Virus record (IMG/VR): IMGVR_UViG_3300044477_000128
Coordinates: 1 to 32,842 of that record
Source of the DNA: a virus
Lineage: Duplodnaviria > Caudoviricetes
Reading direction: 5' to 3' (one strand)
Length of the DNA: 32,842 nucleotides
Shown here: piece by piece, positions 1 to 7,363 of the stretch
How positions within the stretch are numbered: the stretch's first letter is position 1
How the letters are laid out: each line of letters begins with the position of its first letter
Translations under genes and position numbers: made by a program
The notes under the pieces: model-generated
Databases searched by the model: none
Told to the model about the DNA's origin: nothing
What the model saw: the letters and a program-made list of their open reading frames with translations, nothing else

Positions 1-1060
1 AATTCCCGAACCCAAACAGATATCTAGCTGTGGCGCCGGCTGTGCCGAGCGACATATAAACAAACAGTGAGAAAGGCTTCTCAGGCGAGAAAAGTTGCGG
101 GATAGGTTGCCGGAGCGTTGCGCGTGGCGAGAATGGTAGCGAGATGCCTTTAGCGCCAGCGAATGAGGTTAACCCCAATACTGGTGAACCGGTGACAACT
201 TCTCCTGGCGGACCAGCTAGCGATGATACTGTCGACAAAACCGCGCCGTCGGCCCCGGATTGCGTATCGGCTGATATCCTCAACATGTACGATAACTCAA
301 ACGGATCCGTAGCGCCAAGAGTGGTTATGGAGTCGTTTGCGCTCACCAGTGACGGATCGACTGAGATACCAGTTACGGACGCCACCCCCGTAACCCCATC
401 AACCGACGCGCTAAGGCCAGCGGCGAGACTCAGCCCGCTAACGTATTGCGTTGCGCCGTTGTAGGTGAGAGGCAACTGCGCCGAAAGCGTAGCAACTCTA
501 TCCAATCCGGTTCCGCTGTGAGCGACGCCTATAGACGGGTCTGTGACGATTCTCTGAACAGGTCTCCCGTCGACAACGATGTCCGACGCTGAACTCAACA
601 AAACAAGCATCGTTCCGTCGTACTTGCACCAGAACGTCCGGTCTGCGTAGACAGCTAGCCCGGTTATGACACCGATGTCTTCTCCGCTTACCTGCTTGAT
701 TAGCGTCGTTGTTCCCTGTATCGACACAACGCGAATTGTCACGATGTCACCGTCAGTAAGATGCGTCGTTCCTACGTAAATCGTAACCGTATCGCCAGGG
801 ATATTGTTAGTGACGGTGAAGTCGGTTGGACCATGCGGGTCGAGCTGATTGTCGCCTGAAATGCAGTTGTACGTTACCGAGGAGCGCGGTGTAATTCCGG
901 CTGAAATGGTAGCGGTTTTTTCAGTTTCGTTCTTAATGAGACTGAACCCTGTACCGAGGACAATTTTCTGCGCGTGAAATTCTTCAGACTGCGGAAGTGC
1001 GACATCAACGCCGAACAGGTTACGAACATATCCGGATAGTTTTTTTAGACCTGAAGCCAT
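1..1060 (-). CDS. Putative tail fibre/receptor-binding protein, 3'-truncated by window edge (absent from ORF track)
   Basis: Hand translation from ATG at 1060 (2 nt after upstream TAA): MASGLKKLSGYVRNLFGVDV...PEKPFSLFVYMSLGTAGATARYLFGFGN, 353 codons open to the edge; beta-rich V/T/S/G composition; follows baseplate wedge genes. Confidence 0.7.
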   Translation of the reverse strand, partial: MASGLKKLSGYVRNLFGVDVALPQSEEFHAQKIVLGTGFSLIKNETEKTATISAGITPRSSVTYNCISGDNQLDPHGPTDFTVTNNIPGDTVTIYVGTTHLTDGDIVTIRVVSIQGTTTLIKQVSGEDIGVITGLAVYADRTFWCKYDGTMLVLLSSASDIVVDGRPVQRIVTDPSIGVAHSGTGLDRVATLSAQLPLTYNGATQYVSGLSLAAGLSASVDGVTGVASVTGISVDPSLVSANDSITTLGATDPFELSYMLRISADTQSGADGAVLSTVSSLAGPPGEVVTGSPVLGLTSFAGAKGISLPFSPRATLRQPIPQLFSPEKPFSLFVYMSLGTAGATARYLFGFGN

Positions 1061-1062
1061 GG

Positions 1063-1629
1063 TTAGTCCATTGCCTTAATTTGACCATAAGAATTGGCCT
1101 GGAACGTTCTGTTTGTGTGACTTGGAACTATCCACGCTTCGCTAGAAAATCCATTAACCGTGCTAACGCTCACGTTTGAGTTTGCGTTGTTCCACACTGT
1201 GAAAATATCGCCGCTCACAGGAGCTGAACCGCCTAGGTCTATCCTAAGGTTCCTTTCAGTTGACAGCGTTTCGTACACATAGTGCCGGCGAAGTGGTGTA
1301 TCGTAAAGATGCGCGTCATCAACGAATAAAGTCGATTCGTTGATTTTTCCTTTTGCTCTAAAACCTGATTCAGCAACGAAATTACCAAATGATGTGACCG
1401 TGTTTGGTGTCGGGTTATTGTTACCGAGACTTACCCCTCCCTCAGCCTGAAAAAAGCCCTTCAGCGTGACCGCTCTCGTGTAAAGCCCATCCAAAATCCG
1501 CTCAACCATGTAGATTCGGTTGAGCAATGGCTGGACAACGTTGCTCGTGAACCAACCAGCTGACGCTGGCTCTCCGCTCACCGGTACGTTGATGTTTTGC
1601 CGTGCTTCAGTAGGTGTTAAAATAGTCAT
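1063..1629 (-). CDS. Baseplate/tail-fibre-associated structural protein (188 aa)
   Basis: TAATG-coupled to upstream wedge gene; N-terminal 'VVQPLLNRIYMVERIL' resembles the 'Q-L-NR' helix of fibre attachment domains; beta-rich C-terminus. Confidence 0.55.
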   Translation of the reverse strand: MTILTPTEARQNINVPVSGEPASAGWFTSNVVQPLLNRIYMVERILDGLYTRAVTLKGFFQAEGGVSLGNNNPTPNTVTSFGNFVAESGFRAKGKINESTLFVDDAHLYDTPLRRHYVYETLSTERNLRIDLGGSAPVSGDIFTVWNNANSNVSVSTVNGFSSEAWIVPSHTNRTFQANSYGQIKAMD

Positions 1630-2216
1630 TAAACTGACCTAATCTCGACGCCGCGACACACGGACAACGGGTCGCCAAATTTATCGATTATTTGTAAGCA
1701 CAATTGGACGAAATCTGCGGGGAGCGCGCCAGTATCCCACCAGAAATAACCCCACGTTACCGCGTCCCATTCGGGCGCAACCAGTGTCGGTGCTGAAGTT
1801 GAAGGTATCGATAGCCAGTAGTGAGAAATGTACGGGAATGCCTCGCCGTGTGGCCCCTCGCGGTACTGATTGGAGATTATCGTTACACCAGGGTACCCAG
1901 CGGCCTCGAACTGCTCGGTGATGCAGCGCTCAGTACCGGCGTATTCCCACGCCGAAGCGGCTCCCATGAGCCTGTTTCGCCACTGGTCGAGCGTCTCTAC
2001 TGGGTAACGGAAAAGCCCGCCGCGCTCGGTTGCTACGTACGGCAAAACATCGTCAGGGCTCGTTTGCGAGGCAATGAGACCGGCGGTAGCAGATACAATC
2101 TTTTGCTCCGCCACGATGTCAGCTGAAAGCGCAAGCGCAGCCCCGTAAAGCGTAAGGCTTAGATCGTCCTTGGCCCACTCCGGGAGCAAGGACTCTACGT
2201 AATCAGCGTAGGTCAT
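1629..2216 (-). CDS. Baseplate wedge protein (P2 gpI / Mu gp48-like)
   Basis: Directly after baseplate J; 'LLPEW', 'DVLPYVATERG', 'ETLDQWRNRL...AGT' pattern typical of this family. Confidence 0.7.
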   Translation of the reverse strand: MTYADYVESLLPEWAKDDLSLTLYGAALALSADIVAEQKIVSATAGLIASQTSPDDVLPYVATERGGLFRYPVETLDQWRNRLMGAASAWEYAGTERCITEQFEAAGYPGVTIISNQYREGPHGEAFPYISHYWLSIPSTSAPTLVAPEWDAVTWGYFWWDTGALPADFVQLCLQIIDKFGDPLSVCRGVEIRSV

Positions 2217-3421
2217 CGAGATACCGCGAACAGGGCGATTCCGCCGAAGTTAAACGAGATGTTGTTCACGGTTATCGATTGCCCGACAGCCAGCTCAGTT
2301 GCCACTGCTGGCGTGGATAGCTCCACGATATCGATGCACTTCACGCCGTCAATTTCAGCGCTCAGGATTGCTTTCTCGTACTGGGCTCGAAGCACACGAT
2401 TCCCGCCGTATCCAAGGTATTTGGAACCCTGGATTGGCATCTCTGCAACCATGTCCGCAACGGCTTTTCGTATGGCTTGCTGCACCGCCGTGTATTCGAA
2501 TTCGGAGAAGTAGTAAGCCTGCCCGGATAGTTCCTGATCGAGAGTCGTGGTCGGCTTGACGTCGATCCACTGCGAAATCTGCGGATGTACGCGACCGCGA
2601 ATGTCAGCCTGGGCCTTGGCGATTGCCTCTGAACCAGGCGATCCAGAGTCTCCGGCAACGTAAATGTCGAGCGTGAACTCTCCGCGCGGGTTGGTCGAAT
2701 CCAAGGCGACGCGTTTGATTCTCGAGTCTGCATTTCGCGCGTAGTAGATGTAGGCGTCTTTGACTAACGTGAGCTTGTTCAGCGTCGTCCACCACGTCGA
2801 GTTTCGCTGCTTGAGTTGCTTGTCGGACTCACGCTCAACGCCAGCCTCCAGCAACTGTGAGTTTGTTACGCTAACGCCGGCAAACGTGGTTATTAGTCTA
2901 TTTATCGATCCAATGGCAACGCCAGATCCATCGGCCCCGCCCCTCTCGCAATAAAACGCAACCTCTACTGACGATCCAGGCGTCAGCGTTAGCGGCAACG
3001 CTGGAAGCGAAGCAACCGAAGGAAACCGCGTTGTGTCATGTGTTGCACGGAATGTAAGCAAACCATTCGACGCGACCATCGATCCTTCGGATATCGTGTA
3101 CGAATCGGCGCTCGACAGTGAGCTAACGGTCATCTTCCAGACGGCTGTCGTCTCTCCACCTCGAACGTGCCCGTATACCGATTTCGACCAGAGATCTAGC
3201 GCGTCACCTTCGAGCAATTCACCGATTGTGCACGACTTCAACGCGACAGCTTCGCGCGTTCCAGCCGCTCGAATATAAGCGCCAACGCGCGCGACCATGC
3301 TGATGAACGAGCCATCTTCTTGGTCGAGCTCCGCCGGCAAATCAAGCGAAGTCAGCTCGTCAAGGATCTGTTGATGGGCGTCGCTTATCGACACCTCGAC
3401 GATTTCGGATAGCTTACCCAT
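2213..3421 (-). CDS. Baseplate J / Mu gp47-like wedge protein
   Basis: Motifs 'EGDALDLW', 'CERGGADG', 'AGVERESDKQLKQR', 'RGEFTLDIYV'; 402 aa; synteny. Confidence 0.9.
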   Translation of the reverse strand: MGKLSEIVEVSISDAHQQILDELTSLDLPAELDQEDGSFISMVARVGAYIRAAGTREAVALKSCTIGELLEGDALDLWSKSVYGHVRGGETTAVWKMTVSSLSSADSYTISEGSMVASNGLLTFRATHDTTRFPSVASLPALPLTLTPGSSVEVAFYCERGGADGSGVAIGSINRLITTFAGVSVTNSQLLEAGVERESDKQLKQRNSTWWTTLNKLTLVKDAYIYYARNADSRIKRVALDSTNPRGEFTLDIYVAGDSGSPGSEAIAKAQADIRGRVHPQISQWIDVKPTTTLDQELSGQAYYFSEFEYTAVQQAIRKAVADMVAEMPIQGSKYLGYGGNRVLRAQYEKAILSAEIDGVKCIDIVELSTPAVATELAVGQSITVNNISFNFGGIALFAVSR

Positions 3422-3848
3422 TTTGGACCTTGATACCGAGCAATGAAATTAGTTTCACAGCCGCAACGCTTGCGGACATGACGAACTCAAACGGGCCTTC
3501 GCTGTCTTCGATCAGACAGCGGATCGACAGCACGCCGTCAGCGTCACGCGTTACGTTGATCAGCGAACGTGTGACACCTTCGAACCGCGCGAATTGGCGT
3601 TCAATGTTACGGGCAATGTGTTCCGGTAGCTGATTTGAACCAACGGCCGCTTTTAGGTCGTAGCCGTAACCAGGCCAGTAAGGCAGCGAATTTGCTGGCT
3701 GCATTAGAGACCTAGCCAGCTTTTGAATCAGCGAAATCCGCCCGGACGACGCCCATGGGAAATCCCTACTGACTGGTTTTGCTATCGCGTCCAGGTCTAT
3801 GCCGTGATTGGCCATAAATAGCGGTGATTCACGCGGAATAGGAGGCAT
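3414..3848 (-). CDS. Baseplate sheath-initiator (gp25/gpW/Mu gp46-like); start may be ATG 3815
   Basis: 'LIQKLARSL...LPYWPGYGYDL...IERQF' pattern; directly upstream of baseplate J. Confidence 0.75.
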   Translation of the reverse strand: MPPIPRESPLFMANHGIDLDAIAKPVSRDFPWASSGRISLIQKLARSLMQPANSLPYWPGYGYDLKAAVGSNQLPEHIARNIERQFARFEGVTRSLINVTRDADGVLSIRCLIEDSEGPFEFVMSASVAAVKLISLLGIKVQNG

Positions 3849-3880
3849 TACCGCGACGGTTCACCAAACCGATTTTCTGT

Positions 3881-3901
3881 TGGCCCGTGGTTTGCTACAC
3901 T
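3881..3901 (+). promoter_or_regulatory. Candidate promoter of the lipoprotein cassette: sigma-54 -24/-12 box overlapping an extended -10 element
   Basis: TGGCCCGTGGTTTGCT (3881-3896) vs consensus TGGCACGNNNNTTGCW: one mismatch, correct GG-N10-GC spacing; also TGcTACACT (3893-3901) 7 nt before ATG 3909. Confidence 0.55.
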
Positions 3902-3908
3902 TGGGCGT

Positions 3909-4568
3909 ATGCGTTTATTCGTCGCACTGATCGCGCTCGGCTGTGCGCCAGAGCTTGAGCAAACACACAACCAAGAAGGTTACGGCGGCGCCGTCGAGGA
4001 GACGTCTTTTGGTGGTTCATCTTCGGTAGAGTCGTCAGCTGCGACAACTGCAACCGGCGGGTCTTCGCGTCGCAATCAAGTTTCGTGGGCTCCGATTACC
4101 GGTGGAGCGACCGCTTCGTCGATCGTTACTGCTGCTACTGGTGGCACGTCATCCGTCACGCAAACCGCAACCGGCGGAGTCACTTCGGTAAAGTCAACCG
4201 CTACTGGCGGATCGTCGTACACGTCGACCACGGCAACCGGCGGGGCACCTATCGTAGCGTCTTCTTTCGGAGGCTCAGCGACTGGCGGTACAACCTCAGC
4301 GTCCACGACCAAGGCGGTCGAAACGTGTTTTTGGGATGTGAATCGACCGCAAGACGGGTATTGCGCGGAGTACAGTAAGGGCCGGTCAAGTTGCAATGCT
4401 AACGGCGAGTGCGTAGGAAACAAAAACCTAATGCTCGACTGCGACCGTGACGGAGTAGCCGAGACGAGTAGTTTCACTAATGAGAATTGCGGCTACTGCG
4501 GGAACGTGTGTTCGGGACCGTTTGAATGTACAATGGTTGAACCTAACTACTATCGGCAATGCAAATGA
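3909..4568 (+). CDS. Predicted lipoprotein: S/T/G-rich linker plus Cys-rich C-terminal domain (accessory gene)
   Basis: Signal MRLFVALIALG-C (lipobox-like, Cys12); repeated TATGG units; 10 Cys in the last ~80 aa including DCDRDGVAET...NENCGYCGNVC; fills the gap in the minus-strand operon. Confidence 0.85.
   Translation: MRLFVALIALGCAPELEQTHNQEGYGGAVEETSFGGSSSVESSAATTATGGSSRRNQVSWAPITGGATASSIVTAATGGTSSVTQTATGGVTSVKSTATGGSSYTSTTATGGAPIVASSFGGSATGGTTSASTTKAVETCFWDVNRPQDGYCAEYSKGRSSCNANGECVGNKNLMLDCDRDGVAETSSFTNENCGYCGNVCSGPFECTMVEPNYYRQCK
4137..4268 (+). repeat. Four degenerate 33-bp tandem units encoding 11-aa TGG-containing repeats
   Basis: ACY-GGY-GGN starts at 4137, 4170, 4203 and 4236; further TGG/FGG units on both sides. 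Confidence 0.8.
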
Positions 4569-4957
4569 AAAAGATATCGATTCTAGCCCTTCTGGTTCTT
4601 TCATGTGAGAAAGAATCGGCAGAAATGGCGTTCAGCTCGCTAAAAACATCAGCTTGCGACGGCGACGTGAGTGGATTCTTCTCGCGCGTAGACTGGAACT
4701 CAATGCAGGAGAACATTGCGTCAAGTCGCAACGCGTTTTCAGCTGTGACCGGTAAACTTGCTACCGCTTACACGAAAAGCCAATTCGAAGATGACATCCG
4801 CCTTGGCAAGGCAAGCAAGTGGTGTCAGGCGGATAGAGTTGATTCAGATCCGGATCTTTCTATTGTTTTCTTCCGGATAAATAACAGCGAAACGCTAATG
4901 GCGAAGTTCGTAAATTCAGGTGGTAAGTTTGTGCTTACGAAGATCTCAAAAGACTAA
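4565..4957 (+). CDS. Predicted lipoprotein, possibly DUF2939/NTF2-like fold (accessory gene)
   Basis: ATG 4565 overlaps upstream TGA (ATGA); signal MKKISILALLVLS-C; 'AFSSLKTSACDGDVSGFFSRVDWNSMQENI' and C-terminal 'KFVNSGGKFVLTKI' recall DUF2939/DUF4878 patterns (family call tentative). Confidence 0.75.
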   Translation: MKKISILALLVLSCEKESAEMAFSSLKTSACDGDVSGFFSRVDWNSMQENIASSRNAFSAVTGKLATAYTKSQFEDDIRLGKASKWCQADRVDSDPDLSIVFFRINNSETLMAKFVNSGGKFVLTKISKD

Positions 4958-5625
4958 ACGCTAATCGTCGCCTGAATCGAAGCCCAAGCCGAAGGGTTAG
5001 AAGGAACTATAACCGCGAAGTTTACCGCCCCGGATAGCCCATCGAAGTCAAATCTCGACTGAAGTTCCGCACCTGCCACGTCCGCGTTACCCGTGTACGT
5101 GTAGACGGTTATTCCGCCCGTTGAAAGGTGGCCGCCGAGCGTTGCAGCAGCGGAAGCTTTGGCTTCGATGGTCGCCTTCAAAGCCTCGAGCTGCGCGACA
5201 ACTCCGGAGATAATTCCAAAGTTTACGTTTGGTCCGCTCACACCCGCTGTAACCTGGACCTTGAGACCCGCGGTTACCGCTAGGGCTGCGTCAATCTTTG
5301 CCGAAGCCGAAGGGGCGAAGCCTGCAATGGCCGCTTGCGCCGCGATCTGAGCGGCTACGGCAGCGGTCAGGGCGGACACCAGCGCGACGCCGCCTGGCAT
5401 TGCCGAAACCTCGGCCATAGCCGCCGTGTAGGCCGCACCGGCTGCCGTAATCTGGGCCCCAATGTCAAACGAAGGGCTCGGCAGGGCAAGGCGAGTGTAC
5501 CCGGCGAGCTTTGCCGTCACCTCTGGAAGTGAAGCGCCGACCAGAGCGTCAATTGAAGCCTTGGCGGTTGCCGTGCTTGGAAGCGTAGCCCCGAGTGTCT
5601 GCGGTCCGATCTTGGTGACTGTCAT
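4954..5625 (-). CDS. Ala-rich hypothetical virion protein following the spike gene
   Basis: ATGA-coupled to hub-spike gene; 223 aa with long Ala/Val/Ile helices. Confidence 0.7.
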   Translation of the reverse strand: MTVTKIGPQTLGATLPSTATAKASIDALVGASLPEVTAKLAGYTRLALPSPSFDIGAQITAAGAAYTAAMAEVSAMPGGVALVSALTAAVAAQIAAQAAIAGFAPSASAKIDAALAVTAGLKVQVTAGVSGPNVNFGIISGVVAQLEALKATIEAKASAAATLGGHLSTGGITVYTYTGNADVAGAELQSRFDFDGLSGAVNFAVIVPSNPSAWASIQATISV

Positions 5626-6752
5626 ATCAACAGCTTCGGGTTTCCTGGCCCGGTGATTATCCCAATCAAAGGCGTCGTCGCCGTGAGCGTCCCAGCGAAA
5701 GGAGCTCCACCTACGGTGCCGACCAGCGGAAGTGATATCGGAAGGGCGATCTCTAGCTGGTCGCTAATAGCGGCAGCGGGAGCCCCGCGACCACTCGGAA
5801 GGAATTCCATCGACTCAACGCCGGAGCTTTGTCCCTCGCCCCATAAGCAGGCGTAAGGGCGATCCCATTGCCCACCGTCGAAGGCGACCGAAACGATGGC
5901 ACCTCCGGAAACCTTGGTTTTCCACCCGGGAGCACCCTCGCGGATCGGCACCTTATCGAGGCCTCGTCCGGCGATAGTTTCGTCCTCAGGCTTTAGTTGC
6001 AGCGTTCCGTCTTGGTTTTGCGCGATAACCTTGCAGCGATACGCACCGTAAGAGGCGGAAGCGGCTCGAATTGCCGATAAAAACGAGTTTAGCGAACCTT
6101 CAAGCGAGTCAACCGACGCGACTGTTCGAATCGAACCCGGCGTAACAATGTGTGTAACCTGCTCGATTTTGTGACCTTCGAAGGCGCATCCGGGTACAAT
6201 CTTCGCCAGCTCACTGAACGAATCAGCGGCGATCGTAAGCGTACCGGTGTCCCAATCCTCATCAATCACGACCACGTCGGTAGTTACCGGTGCATACGAG
6301 TCGATACCAATCCAGATATTACCGGCGTCAGTCGACCGCCACACGAGCCCGCATTTGTCCGCAACGGCCTGCAAAGCATGGGACGCTTTTCCCTGTCGAC
6401 GTTGCCAGTTCCCGAATTGTGTTCCTGGAAAGTAGCTCGACGCGTCAACCGTTTCTCCGGCTTCGCGCAAAATCTCGGTGATAATCGTCTTCGGAGAGGA
6501 ATCGTTGAAGTGCTGCGCGGTTACGACCTTCGAAAGTCCGCCTTTTCCGCCAACGAGAAAAGCCGTAGTTCTGCCGCAAAAAGTGTGCTGCGTCACCACC
6601 GAGCAAACGAGCGCGTGCCCGTCTACAAGCACCGTAACCGGATTGATTAGCGTCACTTCCGAGTCAATCTCGACGTCAATATGCGCCGCAGAAATCCTCG
6701 GTTTTCGAACGCGAACGCTTAGCGCGTTGTATCCGTTTACCGTTGCGCTCAT
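5622..6752 (-). CDS. Baseplate hub-spike fusion (Mu gp44-like plus gp45/gpV-like OB fold; VgrG-like layout)
   Basis: N-terminal hub-like part ('TIITEILREAG', 'ALQAVADKCGLVWRSTDAGNIWIG'); from about aa 238 OB-fold signature 'YRCKVIAQNQDGTLQLKP...LDKVPI...GAIVSVAFDGGQWDRPY'. Confidence 0.75.
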   Translation of the reverse strand: MSATVNGYNALSVRVRKPRISAAHIDVEIDSEVTLINPVTVLVDGHALVCSVVTQHTFCGRTTAFLVGGKGGLSKVVTAQHFNDSSPKTIITEILREAGETVDASSYFPGTQFGNWQRRQGKASHALQAVADKCGLVWRSTDAGNIWIGIDSYAPVTTDVVVIDEDWDTGTLTIAADSFSELAKIVPGCAFEGHKIEQVTHIVTPGSIRTVASVDSLEGSLNSFLSAIRAASASYGAYRCKVIAQNQDGTLQLKPEDETIAGRGLDKVPIREGAPGWKTKVSGGAIVSVAFDGGQWDRPYACLWGEGQSSGVESMEFLPSGRGAPAAAISDQLEIALPISLPLVGTVGGAPFAGTLTATTPLIGIITGPGNPKLLI

Positions 6753-7363
6753 CGTGAAATCCCCATCAATGAACCAACCATCGACTGAACGCTTTCAGGC
6801 TTCGACGGGTCATTCGCCAACGGATTCACCGTTTCAAGCTGGCCAGGCGCCATTGACATTCCCAGCAAATCGCCGGTTATCGCGCGAATCTCAGTCGTTG
6901 CAGGCTTCGGCGTGCCGGTGCCTTTCTTGACTGGTTTCGGCGCTGGCAAGTACTCATCGAATTCGATCTCGATGATGCGCTTACCCTTGGAATCGTAGGG
7001 GTTGCACACTATCCCGACGATCGTCAGGTTCGTCAGGTTTCGTTCCCAAAGGTACGCATTCAAAACCTCGAAAGGTTCATTCGTTGCACCTTCACGAGCC
7101 GGTGAAATGTCCTGGTAAATCACCTGCCAAGCGTCGTGATGCTCTTTCTTCGTCTGGTGGATTCGGTAGACAATCCCAGTTACCGGCTCTAAACCGTTGT
7201 CGGTGATTGACGCTCCGCTTTTGCCCTTGGGCTTTTTTACGTCCATTGAGCGACGAGCTGGAATTCCCTTAGTCAACTCGGCGCGCCCCGGGATGACGTG
7301 CTTTCCGATGATTAGCGTATTGTAGGTATACGGATCATCGTAAGGCCAAGCTATCTTAGGCAT
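6749..7363 (-). CDS. Tail tube initiator/baseplate hub-proximal protein
   Basis: Directly after the tape measure; 'RSMDVKKPKGKSGASITDNGLEP...IEIEFDEYLP' resembles tube-initiator families. Confidence 0.6.
   Translation of the reverse strand: MPKIAWPYDDPYTYNTLIIGKHVIPGRAELTKGIPARRSMDVKKPKGKSGASITDNGLEPVTGIVYRIHQTKKEHHDAWQVIYQDISPAREGATNEPFEVLNAYLWERNLTNLTIVGIVCNPYDSKGKRIIEIEFDEYLPAPKPVKKGTGTPKPATTEIRAITGDLLGMSMAPGQLETVNPLANDPSKPESVQSMVGSLMGISR

Noticed and set aside
1-1629. Diversity-generating retroelement or invertible fibre cassette
   Set aside because: No reverse transcriptase, invertase or duplicated template seen; the fibre 3' end is outside the window, so it cannot be excluded there
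3909-4957. Lipoprotein pair considered as Rz/Rz1 spanins
   Set aside because: Opposite strand to late genes, no adjacent holin or endolysin, no coiled-coil i-spanin or Pro-rich o-spanin character
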